From: Candidatus Magasanikiibacteriota bacterium
GTDB lineage: Bacteria; Patescibacteriota; Patescibacteriia; Magasanikbacterales; GWA2-37-8
NCBI GenBank assembly: GCA_016234265.1
Contig: JACRFW010000027.1
Span: 1-46,501, forward strand
DNA length: 46,501 bases
Direction: 5' to 3'
Below the pieces are notes generated by a model. The model did no database searches. It was not told the DNA's origin and was given only the letters and a program-made list of their open reading frames with translations. Positions 9,252-18,763 of this stretch are shown piece after piece (within the stretch, counting starts at the first letter, position 1; each line of letters opens with the position of its first letter). Made by a program: the position numbers and the translations under genes.

Positions 9252-9280
9252 TTGTAATAAAGCATTACATCATCTATAAT
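9252..9280 (+). promoter_or_regulatory. Sigma70-type promoter upstream of the znuA-like gene (TTGTAA, 17 nt, TATAAT), overlapped by a GTAAT-N5-ATTAC palindrome
   Basis: ccTTGTAAtaaagcattacatcatcTATAATcaac. The inverted repeat GTAATaaagcATTAC spans the -35 and spacer. Confidence 0.5.
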
Positions 9281-9301
9281 CAACACATTTACTGATACTT
9301 T

Positions 9302-10228
9302 ATGAAAATACGAACATTTTTAATTATAGCGGCCCTTTTGGCATTCTTGGCTATTACTTACTTTACAATGACGACCGGGACAAGAAATAGACCACCCGCA
9401 GTGGCAAACAAATTGCGTGTCGTCACCTCGTTCTACCCGCTCTACTACTTTGCTACCCAAATTGCCGGAGACAAGGCAATTGTTTATAACATTACTCCGG
9501 CCGGGGCCGAACCGCACGACTACGAGCCCACGACCCAGGATATGGCCCACATTGAAGATAGCAAGCTGTTGATACTGAACGGCGGCAAGCTGGAAGCCTG
9601 GGGAGATAAAGTAAAAAATACGCTTCAGAACACTGCCACTATTATTGTCTCTGTCGGAGACGATATCGCCAACCAGAAAGTAATTGAGGACGGAGAAACG
9701 GTGCGCGACCCGCATGTATGGCTTGACCCTGTACTCGCTAAAAAAGAGGCGACGACGATCGCCGACAGTCTGGCGGCGGTTGACCCCGCCAACGCGAACT
9801 TCTATGAAAATAACGCCACGCAACTCCTGGCCAAGCTCGATGCTTTAGACCAAAAATATCGGCAGGATTTGAGCAGCTGCAAACAAAAAAATATCGCCAC
9901 CGCGCACACCGCCTTCGGATATTTGGCCCGCGAGTATGAGTTTGAGCAGATAGCGATTTCCGGCTTGTCTCCTGATGCTGAACCCTCGGCCAAAAAACTA
10001 GCTGACGTTACTGATTATGTTAAAAAACATAACATAAAATATATTTTTTTTGAAAGTTTGGTGAGCCCGAAGCTCGCCGAGACGCTGGCGTATGAAACCG
10101 GGGCCAAGACGCTTGTTTTGAACCCTCTTGAGGGTTTGACGAATCAAGAAATTGCGCAGGGGCAGGATTATTTCACGGTAATGAGAAATAATCTCAAGAA
10201 TCTCCAAACGGCGCTTGATTGTAAGTGA
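9302..10228 (+). CDS. Metal (Zn/Mn) ABC transporter substrate-binding protein, ZnuA/TroA family
   Basis: Signal/TM start, SFYPLYYFA, GAEPHDYEP and DPHVWLDP motifs of the cluster A-I SBPs. No permease or ATPase gene is adjacent. Confidence 0.85.
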   Translation: MKIRTFLIIAALLAFLAITYFTMTTGTRNRPPAVANKLRVVTSFYPLYYFATQIAGDKAIVYNITPAGAEPHDYEPTTQDMAHIEDSKLLILNGGKLEAWGDKVKNTLQNTATIIVSVGDDIANQKVIEDGETVRDPHVWLDPVLAKKEATTIADSLAAVDPANANFYENNATQLLAKLDALDQKYRQDLSSCKQKNIATAHTAFGYLAREYEFEQIAISGLSPDAEPSAKKLADVTDYVKKHNIKYIFFESLVSPKLAETLAYETGAKTLVLNPLEGLTNQEIAQGQDYFTVMRNNLKNLQTALDCK

Positions 10229-10274
10229 AAATTGAAAATTGGTGAGAAAACTGGTATGCTAATGGGTACTACGT

Positions 10275-11597
10275 ATGAAAAAGTACCCATTATTTTTTAT
10301 AATACTCGCGCTAGTTTTCCTGGCCAGACCCATCTTCCCGGCTAAAGCAGCGCCGGACGCGGCCGTACAAGCGCAGCTGGAGCAAGACCTCAAGAGAATT
10401 GAAGCGCAAATTGCCGATTTTGAACAACAGTTGGCCGCCACCAAAGGCGAAAAACAGACGCTCGCTAACAAAATCAAACAGCTCAAGAAAGAGCAGGCTG
10501 GTCTGCAGTTAAAAATAAAGGCCACAGCGGTCAAACTCCAAGATATCCAAGTAAAATTAAAAAAGACCGAGCAAACGATTTCCGTTACCCAGCAGAAACA
10601 CGACCGGCTTAAAAATGAATTGGCCTCCCTGCTCCGCCAGCTTGAGCACAAAGATCGGGAGCTGTTTTTATTAAGTTTAACAGCGCGGGGCGGCTTGAGC
10701 GATGTGTTTGTACAGGTAAAAAATTATGAACTGCTCGCGCTGGATATCAACCGCCTGGTGAAAGAAGTCAAAGCCGCGGAACGCGCACTGGATGAACAGC
10801 ACGCGGTGTACGCGGACCAGAAAGACGACACGCAAAAACTCCTGACAGTGACAAATTTACAACAGAATGCGCTGGCCGGAAAATTAACCGAACAGAGCGA
10901 CCTGCTGAAAGTAACGCAGGGGCAAGAGACTGCCTATCAAAACATGCTTCAAGACAACCAGCGCCGGGCGGCGAATATCCGGAGCCGCATCTACGAACTC
11001 TTGGGCGTCGGCACCCAGATTAATTTTGGCCAGGCGGTGTCCATTGCCCAGTGGGTGTCGGCGCAAACCGGCGTCACGCCGGCGTTTCTCCTAGCTATTT
11101 TAACCCAAGAATCAAACCTGGGAAAAAACGTGGGCACCTGCAACCGGCCCGGCGACCCGCCGGAAAAAAGCTGGAAAGTGGTCATGAAACCAGACCGCGA
11201 TCAGGAGCCCTTTCTGGCCGTGACCAAAGATTTGGGACGCGATCCGGACATAACGCCGGTATCCTGCCCAATGCGTGACAAAAAAGGCAACCAGATCGGC
11301 TGGGGCGGGGCCATGGGGCCGGCGCAGTTTATCCCCTCCACCTGGGTGCGGCACACCAAAGAAGTGATGGCGCTGACCGGCAAAAGCCAGGCCGACCCCT
11401 GGGATATTCGTGACGCGTTTATCGCCGCGGCCGTTCTCCTCAAAGCCAACGGCGCAGACGCGACCAAAGACGGCCAATGGAAGGCCGCGATGCGCTATTT
11501 TTCCGGCGGCACTAATGCCCGCTACCGCTTCTACGGCGACAATGTGCTGACGCTCACCGCCAAGTACGAGCAGGACATAAAAGACCTGTCCGGCTAG
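10275..11597 (+). CDS. Secreted coiled-coil protein with C-terminal lytic transglycosylase (MltB/Slt-like) domain
   Basis: Signal peptide, a long heptad-rich region, and a C-terminal region carrying ...TQESN... and GAMGPAQFIPSTW. Confidence 0.8.
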   Translation: MKKYPLFFIILALVFLARPIFPAKAAPDAAVQAQLEQDLKRIEAQIADFEQQLAATKGEKQTLANKIKQLKKEQAGLQLKIKATAVKLQDIQVKLKKTEQTISVTQQKHDRLKNELASLLRQLEHKDRELFLLSLTARGGLSDVFVQVKNYELLALDINRLVKEVKAAERALDEQHAVYADQKDDTQKLLTVTNLQQNALAGKLTEQSDLLKVTQGQETAYQNMLQDNQRRAANIRSRIYELLGVGTQINFGQAVSIAQWVSAQTGVTPAFLLAILTQESNLGKNVGTCNRPGDPPEKSWKVVMKPDRDQEPFLAVTKDLGRDPDITPVSCPMRDKKGNQIGWGGAMGPAQFIPSTWVRHTKEVMALTGKSQADPWDIRDAFIAAAVLLKANGADATKDGQWKAAMRYFSGGTNARYRFYGDNVLTLTAKYEQDIKDLSG

Positions 11598-12595
11598 CCC
11601 ACCCGATTTTGTATTTTCCCCTGAGCGAAGGAAGTTATATTATCAACCGTCACATTGATAATGCGCTCCAGCGCCTCGGCGCTGTTAAACGCATTGTGCG
11701 GCGTGACAATGGTGTTCGGGTGATCAATGAGCAGGTTATTCACGAGCGTCGTTTTCAGCTTGAATTCAGTGTTGCCGTGGCGCATTACTTCTTCAAAGTT
11801 CTGTAACAAATTTTCATCTTCCAGAACATCCAGACCGGCACCGGCGAGCCGGCCGGAATTGAGCGCCGCCAAGAGCGCTTCAGCGTCCACGATGCCGCCG
11901 CGCGCGGTATTGATGAGGAGCGCCCCCGGTTTCATGAGCGCGAGGTTCTTTTTGTTGATGAGATGATAGGTAGCCGGAAAGAGCGGCGCGTGGATGGTGA
12001 CAATATCGGATTTTTTAAGCAGCGCCGGAAGCGCCACATAGGTGAAGCCAAGCGTTTGGGCGAGCGCCGGGTTTGGTTTGGCATCGTAGGCCAGTACTGC
12101 CATTTCAAAACCCTTAGCCATGCGCGCTACGTTGGCCCCGATATGGCCGGTGCCGATAACGCCGAGCGTCTTGCCTTTGATATCCATCCCGCGCAAACCG
12201 CGAAAATCATAGCGGCCCTCTTTCACACGCTTCACCGATTCAAACAGTTTGCGGGTGAGCCCTAAAATGAGCGCGAAAGCATGTTCGGCCACCGTGTTTT
12301 CGCCATAGGTAGGCACATTAGACACGGGGATCTGACGTTTTTTTGCCGCCCCCAGATCAATATGATCATAGCCCGTGCTCATGGTGGTGATATATCTGAG
12401 CTTCGGCAGGCGCGCCATAATGTCTTTTGTCGCCGCTGACTCAATAAACACCACCAATACTTCGGCGGTGGGATCGGCCGACACGGGCGTGAGAGCGCTG
12501 GTATGAATAGCGTGCGGAAAGCCGCGCAATTTAGCGCGGGCATAGTCTTTTAACTCTGGCCACAGATTATACACGACCACTTTTGGTTTTAGCAT
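11594..12595 (-). CDS. D-isomer-specific 2-hydroxyacid dehydrogenase (D-LDH / PGDH family)
   Basis: NAD-binding GxGxxG at GVIGTGHIGANVARMA, plus catalytic-region conservation. The start was trimmed to MLKPKVVVY. Confidence 0.85.
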   Translation of the reverse strand: MLKPKVVVYNLWPELKDYARAKLRGFPHAIHTSALTPVSADPTAEVLVVFIESAATKDIMARLPKLRYITTMSTGYDHIDLGAAKKRQIPVSNVPTYGENTVAEHAFALILGLTRKLFESVKRVKEGRYDFRGLRGMDIKGKTLGVIGTGHIGANVARMAKGFEMAVLAYDAKPNPALAQTLGFTYVALPALLKKSDIVTIHAPLFPATYHLINKKNLALMKPGALLINTARGGIVDAEALLAALNSGRLAGAGLDVLEDENLLQNFEEVMRHGNTEFKLKTTLVNNLLIDHPNTIVTPHNAFNSAEALERIINVTVDNITSFAQGKIQNRVG

Positions 12596-12609
12596 AAAAA
12601 AATACTTAC

Positions 12610-14475
12610 TCAATGAATAGACTGTTCCTCCGGGCGGCCAATGCTCGCGCGAAGGGCGTTTATAATAACTAGCACATCAATACCCTCCTGCATCACGGCG
12701 CCAACGAGCGGTGGAATTTGCCCGGCGGCGGCGAGCACCATCAGGAGCACGCTCAAACCGATGCCGCACCAGATGCTCTGGAGCGCCACGCGAATGGTGC
12801 GCTTGGCCGTGCGCAAAATAAAGGTAACGGAGGAAAGGTCGCCGCCCAAAAATATAACATCTGCCGCCTCGGAAGCGGCGGTGTGCTCTTCATTGCTAAA
12901 CACCATGCCGATATCGGCCGCGGCCAGAGCGGGGGCGTCGTTGATACCGTCCCCGACCATCGCGACCGTTTCCCGTTTCTGTTTCAGCTGCACCACGCCG
13001 TCTTTCTTCTGCTCCGGCGTACAATTGGCCCGAATGGTGACCAAAGACCCGACAGCGCCCAGATTTGCGATAATCTTTTTAGCGTTCTCTTCCCGGTCGC
13101 CGGTAAAAATATACAATTTGAAACCAAGCTGCTTCAGAGCTTTGATAATATCCGCCGAATCGCCTTTGAGGCGATCTTCAAACTCAAACCGGGCGATAGA
13201 TCCATCGGTATCTGTCTGTAACTCCACCGCGTTGCTGTGGTGGTAACGGCTCATCTTGGCGAGCGTATAGGCGCGCCCATGAATAGTGGCGGAGATGCCA
13301 GAGCCGAGCGACTCCACAATATTAGTCGCCATGAGCCGCTTCGCCCCGGCTTGCCGCGCCGCTTCCACAATCGCTTTCGCCAGCGGGTGCAGAGAGTTGC
13401 GTTCAATGGCTTCGGCGATACCCAGAACACTTTGCCGATCAAACTGTTTGTTTAAAATTTCCACTTTATTAACCACCGGCCGGCCCAGCGTGATGGTGCC
13501 GGTCTTATCAAGCACGACGACGGTGGCGCGCGCCAGCGCTTCAAAGCTCGTCAAGTTCTTCACTAAAATACGATTGCGGGCGGCCACATTCATGCCTCCG
13601 AACAAAGCGATGGGGGTAGCCAGAATCAGCGGGCAGGGGGTGGCTACCACCAAGACCGCCAACACCAGATTAATATCACGGCTAAAGGCATACGCTACCC
13701 CCGCGATGAACGCGGTCAACACCGTGAAAAAGATACTGTAACGATTGGCCAAGCGGAGAAGCGGCGCTTTCTCGGCCTGCGCGCGTTTTACCAATTCAAT
13801 AATTTTACGATACGTGGACTCGCGATCGGGCTTCGTTACTCTGACCACGGCCGCTTCGCCTTGATTCACGGTACCGCTCCTCACCTGGTCGCCCTCTACT
13901 TTTTCCATGATGTAGGGCTCGCCGGTCAGTGACGATTCATCAAATACCGCTTCTTTGGACAAGAGCTCGCCATCCAGCGGCACCACCTCGCCTTTCCGAA
14001 CCAGAATTTCCGTCCCGACCGCTACCCCCTCAATGGGCACGCGCACTTCAGCCCGGCCGCCTTGCCACAATACGACCTCATTCGGGATACGATTGGTGAG
14101 CGACGTGAGCGATTGTTTGGCGCGCGCGAGGCCATATTTTTCCAGCGTGGTGCCGCCCGAGAGCATAAGGACGATGACGAGACCGACCAGATACTCCCCG
14201 GTCAAAACGCTTACCAGAATAGCCGTGATGGCGATATAATCCAGCGCGAATTGTCTTTTGACGAGCGCTTTAAAGGTTTCTAAAAACAAATTAAAACTGC
14301 CGATAACGATGATGCCGATAGCAAACCAGCGGCCGGATGCGACCGAACGAAAAAATACCCCGTAGACTATCAAGCCGGCGAGCACAAAAATCGGCATCTT
14401 GAAAAATGAGAGGGTCTTGCGCGCTCCCGGTCCCGTTCCAAGGTCAAGTATTTTTGCTTCGGTCGCCTTAGTCAT
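12610..14475 (-). CDS. Heavy-metal-translocating P1B-type ATPase (no N-terminal HMA domain)
   Basis: DKTGTIT phosphorylation site, the CPx motif (ATPCPLILATP), and GDGINDAPAL. Confidence 0.9.
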   Translation of the reverse strand: MTKATEAKILDLGTGPGARKTLSFFKMPIFVLAGLIVYGVFFRSVASGRWFAIGIIVIGSFNLFLETFKALVKRQFALDYIAITAILVSVLTGEYLVGLVIVLMLSGGTTLEKYGLARAKQSLTSLTNRIPNEVVLWQGGRAEVRVPIEGVAVGTEILVRKGEVVPLDGELLSKEAVFDESSLTGEPYIMEKVEGDQVRSGTVNQGEAAVVRVTKPDRESTYRKIIELVKRAQAEKAPLLRLANRYSIFFTVLTAFIAGVAYAFSRDINLVLAVLVVATPCPLILATPIALFGGMNVAARNRILVKNLTSFEALARATVVVLDKTGTITLGRPVVNKVEILNKQFDRQSVLGIAEAIERNSLHPLAKAIVEAARQAGAKRLMATNIVESLGSGISATIHGRAYTLAKMSRYHHSNAVELQTDTDGSIARFEFEDRLKGDSADIIKALKQLGFKLYIFTGDREENAKKIIANLGAVGSLVTIRANCTPEQKKDGVVQLKQKRETVAMVGDGINDAPALAAADIGMVFSNEEHTAASEAADVIFLGGDLSSVTFILRTAKRTIRVALQSIWCGIGLSVLLMVLAAAGQIPPLVGAVMQEGIDVLVIINALRASIGRPEEQSIH

Positions 14476-14487
14476 CCGCCGTTTTTT

Positions 14488-14871
14488 CTATTGAACAAAC
14501 TCTCGGCCGTTTTTCGGCCAGCCGCGCACCAACAAAAGCGCGAGTGGCGCCCCCCAGTTAGCAAAGCGTTCTATAAAATCCCAAAATGATTCCCCGACAA
14601 TCGGCCTGACGAGAGCGGTGGCAAACCCCCAGAAAGCCGCCCAGAGAAGCACTACCCGAATCGGGCGCAACAGCATGATCAGCGCTACTACGATATCCGC
14701 CACTCCAATCACCGTCAGAATCGTAAGAGCGGTCGCATTGCCGACCCCAAATAGTTTGATCAACCAACCGGCCCACTGCGCTTTGCCCTGGAGCGCAAAC
14801 ATGGCGTGACCAAAAAACTCTCCGGCCACCGCGACACGCAGAATCCACTCTATTTTTTTGTTTGTGTCCAT
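14488..14871 (-). CDS. Small integral membrane protein (DoxX-like)
   Basis: Three to four predicted TM helices, with no catalytic motif. Confidence 0.55.
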   Translation of the reverse strand: MDTNKKIEWILRVAVAGEFFGHAMFALQGKAQWAGWLIKLFGVGNATALTILTVIGVADIVVALIMLLRPIRVVLLWAAFWGFATALVRPIVGESFWDFIERFANWGAPLALLLVRGWPKNGREFVQ

Positions 14872-14910
14872 AGATATTAAAGGTAAAAAATAACCTTAAC
14901 ATTTAACGCG

Positions 14911-15615
14911 TTACTGACGAACCGCCACCTCAAGAACGGTGGCGCGAAATTGTTCGGCAATAGCCTCCATCTCCCCCGCAGAGAATGCCCGATAACTAGC
15001 GAACGCCGGATTCAGCGTGGTGGCCGGGCGGAATTGCTGCAAAAAAACACAGCGTGCCCCCGCGAGTTCTTTCACCATCTGTTCAATCAGTATAGCAGAA
15101 TGGAGCTCTTTCACCAAGGTAACGCGAAACTCATAGCCAATGCCGCTTTGTTTAATGAGTTCCACTGTTTCCTTAATCTTCACCCGGGAAGCCAAAGCGC
15201 CCGCTAGCGCCTGGTATTCACTCAGGCTTGTTTTGTAATCCATGGCAATATAGTCAAGGCTGCCCGCGGAGAGAGCGGCGGCGACCACCTCGGGCCGGTT
15301 GCCATTGGTATCCAGCTTCACCGCAAACCCGCGCCGTTTAATTTCGCCCAAAAATGGCACCAGATCGTGGTGCATGGTCGGCTCGCCGCCGGTCACCACC
15401 ACCCCCTCCAAAAGCCCCCGCCGTTCGTCTAAAAAACGAAAAACAGCTTCAGTGGGGATAAAGCTGTCTTTCATCTTAGCCAAAAGCTCGGGCAGAACAA
15501 ACTCCGGGTTGTGGCAATAGCCGCAGCGAAAATTGCACCCGGCGGTAAAAACGATGGCGGCGCTTTTGCCCGGGTAATCAAGCATGGTGAATGGCTGGAC
15601 GCCGGAGATAAGCAT
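14911..15615 (-). CDS. nrdG: Anaerobic ribonucleoside-triphosphate reductase activating protein (radical SAM)
   Basis: CNFRCGYCHNPE radical-SAM cysteine motif. It lies next to nrdD. Confidence 0.9.
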   Translation of the reverse strand: MLISGVQPFTMLDYPGKSAAIVFTAGCNFRCGYCHNPEFVLPELLAKMKDSFIPTEAVFRFLDERRGLLEGVVVTGGEPTMHHDLVPFLGEIKRRGFAVKLDTNGNRPEVVAAALSAGSLDYIAMDYKTSLSEYQALAGALASRVKIKETVELIKQSGIGYEFRVTLVKELHSAILIEQMVKELAGARCVFLQQFRPATTLNPAFASYRAFSAGEMEAIAEQFRATVLEVAVRQ

Positions 15616-15638
15616 AAGCGGACGAAAGACGGCCGCCC

Positions 15639-15848
15639 TTACGCCGTCGCGGTGTTGGACGAAGTTGGCGTGAAAGCGGCGTAGTGTTTAATAAAGCGCG
15701 AGTTGGCAGCTTGGCACTCGGTGAAATGTTTACGGCTATAGTGTTCGCTTTTTTTACCGATATTAAAATGCGATACGGGCCGGTGGTAGCCCATCACACG
15801 CGTCCAGACTTCGCACCGAGTTCTTTGTTTTTGTTGGGTTGGTTCCAT
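15639..15848 (-). CDS. Stand-alone glycyl-radical segment of class III ribonucleotide reductase (NrdD C-terminal module)
   Basis: TRVMGYHRPVSHFNIGKKSEHYSRKHF matches the NrdD glycyl-radical consensus (RVxGY...N.GK..E...R). It is a separate ORF in a different frame, 35 nt after the nrdD stop. Confidence 0.7.
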   Translation of the reverse strand: MEPTQQKQRTRCEVWTRVMGYHRPVSHFNIGKKSEHYSRKHFTECQAANSRFIKHYAAFTPTSSNTATA

Positions 15849-15886
15849 ACAACAAAATAAAATTAAAAATTAAAAATGAATACTTC

Positions 15887-18007
15887 TTAACGGGCGGCGG
15901 CCGGGCTCGCGTGTTTTAGCCGGATAACCTGGTCGTAGCGCACGGCCCCCTCAAGGCCGAGCTCAGAATCACACTTCGGGCACCAGTCCCATTCCCCCGC
16001 CAGATACCCGTGCTTCGGGCAAATGGAAAATGTCGGGGTGATGGTGATGTAGGGCAGACGGAAATTGGAAAGAATGGTACGCACCAAGTTGCGGCAGCTC
16101 ACTCCATCGGAAACGCGCTCGTTCAAATAGCAATGCAGCACCGTGCCGCCGGTATAACGAGTCTGCAGACTGTCTTGCAGCTGAAGCGCCTCAAACACGT
16201 CGTCGGTATAGCCGACCGGCAGCTGCGAGGAATTGGTGTAGTAGGGCGCCTCCACGGTGCCAGCCTGGAGAATATCAGGGAAACGCTTCCGGTCTTCTTT
16301 GGCAAACCGGTAGGTGGTGCCCTCCGCCGGCGTCGCTTCCAGGTTGTACAGATTTTTTGTTTCTTCCTGATAGGTTTGCAGCCGCGCGCGCATGAAATCA
16401 AGTACTTCGCGCGCAAACTGCTGGCCGAAAGGCGTGGCAATGTCTTCAAGGTCGCCCGTGAAGTTACGGATCGCTTCATTAATGCCGTTCACGCCGATGG
16501 TGGAAAAATGATTTTTGAGGTAGCCGAGGTAACGCTTGGTATAGGGGAAAAGCCCGCGGTCAATCCACTTTTGAATTTCTTTGCGTTTGATCTCCAGCGA
16601 CACCTGCGCCAGATCCATGAGATACTCCAGACGTTTATAGAACCCCTCATGGTCGCCTTTGTGCTGGTAGCCAATACGCGCGGCGTTGATGGTGACCACC
16701 CCCACCGAGCCGGTCATCTCGGCCGAGCCAAAGAGCCCGCCGCCGCGCTTCTTCAGCTCTTTTAAATCCAATTGCAGACGGCAACACATGCTGCGCACGT
16801 CGCCCGGATTCAGGTCGGAATTAATAAAATTCTGAAAATAGGGCGTGCCATATTTGGCGGTCATCTCAAAGAGCGGCAGGTTTTTCGGATTGTCCCAGTC
16901 AAAATCTTTGGTGATATTGTAGGTAGGAATCGGAAACGTAAACGTGCGCCCCTTGGCGTCGCCCGCGATCATGACATCAATGAACGCTTTATTAATCACA
17001 TCCATTTCCGACTGCAGCTCGCCGAAGGTGAACGCAAATTCCTTTCCGCCCAGCAGGAGACGTTTATCTTTCAAATCTTCAGGTACTATCCAATCCAGGG
17101 TGATGTTGGTGAAGGGCGTCTGCGTGCCCCAGCGAGACGGAATGTTCAAATTGAAAACGAACGATTGCATGTTCTGGTAGACATACCCGTACACTTTGCG
17201 CGCGATATAGTCTTCCTTCTGCTCTGCGCTTCCAAATGTTATGCCCTCGGTAGCGATATCAGCCCGGAGCTCCAGTTCAAACTTTTTTACGAACGGCGCC
17301 AAGTAGGTATCAAAACTGGAAAAGGCCTGGGCGCCGGCCCATTCGTTCTGGAGTGTGCCTAAAAAATTCACCATCTGCGCCACGGCGCTGGACAGATGTT
17401 TCGGAGCTCCGGACTCAATTTTATCCGGCACGCCATTAAACCCTTCTTCCAGAAGCGCGCGCAGACTCCAACCGGCGCAATAGCCGGAAAACACGTCCAG
17501 GTCGTGAATATGCACATCAGCGTTGCGGTGCGCGTCGCCGACATATTTGGGGTAGGCCTGCTCCAGCCAGTAGTTGGCTATCACCTTGCCGGAGGTGTTC
17601 AAAATCATGCCGCCGAGCGAATAACCCTGGTTGGAGTTGGCATTCACCCGCCAATCCATCTGATAGAGATACTCGGCAATGGTTTTTTGCACTTCCACCA
17701 CGATATTTTTGCCGGTGCGGGACTCGGCGCGTTTCGCCCGGTAGAGAATATAAGCCTTGGCGGCCTCGGCCAAACCGCGCTTGATCAGGGTCTTCTCCAC
17801 AATATCCTGAATACTCTCCACGTTCGGCACGGCATCGGAAAACTGCGCGTCCACCGCCGCTATGACATCGCTGGTAACTGAACGCGCCAGCGCCACATGG
17901 CCCTCCTGCCCCACCGCCGAGAGCGCGCTCTCTATCGCCTGTTCAATTCGGAACGGAGTAAAATCAACCACGGCGCCGGTACGTTTTTGCACCTTTGCGA
18001 TAGGCAT
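15887..18007 (-). CDS. nrdD: Anaerobic ribonucleoside-triphosphate reductase NrdD (catalytic body, lacking the glycyl-radical tail)
   Basis: N-terminal ATP-cone, the class III active-site region (CCRLQLD...), and a C-terminal zinc ribbon CPKHG...CPKCD. There is no RVxGY motif before the stop. Confidence 0.93.
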   Translation of the reverse strand: MPIAKVQKRTGAVVDFTPFRIEQAIESALSAVGQEGHVALARSVTSDVIAAVDAQFSDAVPNVESIQDIVEKTLIKRGLAEAAKAYILYRAKRAESRTGKNIVVEVQKTIAEYLYQMDWRVNANSNQGYSLGGMILNTSGKVIANYWLEQAYPKYVGDAHRNADVHIHDLDVFSGYCAGWSLRALLEEGFNGVPDKIESGAPKHLSSAVAQMVNFLGTLQNEWAGAQAFSSFDTYLAPFVKKFELELRADIATEGITFGSAEQKEDYIARKVYGYVYQNMQSFVFNLNIPSRWGTQTPFTNITLDWIVPEDLKDKRLLLGGKEFAFTFGELQSEMDVINKAFIDVMIAGDAKGRTFTFPIPTYNITKDFDWDNPKNLPLFEMTAKYGTPYFQNFINSDLNPGDVRSMCCRLQLDLKELKKRGGGLFGSAEMTGSVGVVTINAARIGYQHKGDHEGFYKRLEYLMDLAQVSLEIKRKEIQKWIDRGLFPYTKRYLGYLKNHFSTIGVNGINEAIRNFTGDLEDIATPFGQQFAREVLDFMRARLQTYQEETKNLYNLEATPAEGTTYRFAKEDRKRFPDILQAGTVEAPYYTNSSQLPVGYTDDVFEALQLQDSLQTRYTGGTVLHCYLNERVSDGVSCRNLVRTILSNFRLPYITITPTFSICPKHGYLAGEWDWCPKCDSELGLEGAVRYDQVIRLKHASPAAAR

Positions 18008-18045
18008 ACTCGTACTTTTTTAAAAAATGAATAAAGACCTGCTGA

Positions 18046-18093
18046 TACTATACCTAGTGATATAAAAGTATCCTATTCCACTAGGTATAGTGT
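18046..18093. promoter_or_regulatory. Tandem NrdR-box-like operators (two 16-bp palindromic boxes, centres about 32 bp apart) in the nrdD promoter
   Basis: On the minus strand the boxes read ACACTATACCTAGTGG and TCACTAGGTATAGTAT, against the consensus acaCwAtATaTwGtgt. The arms form a perfect 13-bp inverted repeat with each other. They overlap the TGgTATACT extended -10. Confidence 0.5.
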
Positions 18094-18193
18094 TATAGAT
18101 AGTATACCACAAAATGAAAAAAAGAGTTATCCACAAGGTCATTCAACCTTGCGGGCAGCTCATCTGACCAGGCGAGTGGCCCGCGCGGACGGA

Positions 18194-18589
18194 CTACATG
18201 AAAAAATGATAGACCACCCGATAGGCGGCAATAAGCAAGAGCCAGTAGATAGAATGCTCCAGATCAATAAGGCCGCGGTAATTAAACCGGCCACCACGAT
18301 ATCTCCATAGGCGCCGCTTCAAAACGGCCAGCATAACCAGGCCGGAAACCAGCTCCAAAAGAACGGCCAGGATGGCGCCAAACAGCACCTGCAGAACGGC
18401 CGGCAGTGGAGTATACACAAAGACCACGTCCAGCACCACCGCGCCCACGCCATAAATAATTGAAAAGAATGGGATGAGCGTGCCGGGCGCGTAGCGCTTG
18501 TCCGCATAAAACCGAAAGCCGGTATCCAAAATCCAGCCTAAAAAACCACCAAAGATAAAGATATAAAGATAATAGAACGGGGTAGTCAT
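18194..18589 (-). CDS. Hypothetical integral membrane protein (131 aa, 4 TM)
   Basis: Hydrophobic helices only. It is the first gene of the nrd operon on the minus strand. Confidence 0.55.
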   Translation of the reverse strand: MTTPFYYLYIFIFGGFLGWILDTGFRFYADKRYAPGTLIPFFSIIYGVGAVVLDVVFVYTPLPAVLQVLFGAILAVLLELVSGLVMLAVLKRRLWRYRGGRFNYRGLIDLEHSIYWLLLIAAYRVVYHFFM

Positions 18590-18763
18590 AAGTGAGCGGT
18601 ACTATACCAGCTCTTTAAACAAAAAACCAGCCCCGATCTATCGGGACTGGCTACAGGGATACGCGTTGGAAGAAGTAGCGTATCACAAATTGAGATTAGT
18701 ATATCAGATGGGGTAGTTCTTGTCAAAGTTTGCCGGCCGAATTAAATGTGGATAACTTTATTT

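Noticed and set aside
15849-15886. Simple frameshift or sequencing-error explanation for the split nrdD
   Set aside because: The two ORFs are in different frames. The 35-nt AT-rich spacer contains stops in the small-ORF frame (at about 15870-72) and in the nrdD frame (15884-86). No single indel joins them without destroying conserved residues. It remains possible but is not the simplest reading.
16010-17881. Several plus-strand ORFs of 160-250 aa inside nrdD
   Set aside because: They are antisense to the strongly supported nrdD. Their translations are G/R/A-rich without motifs.
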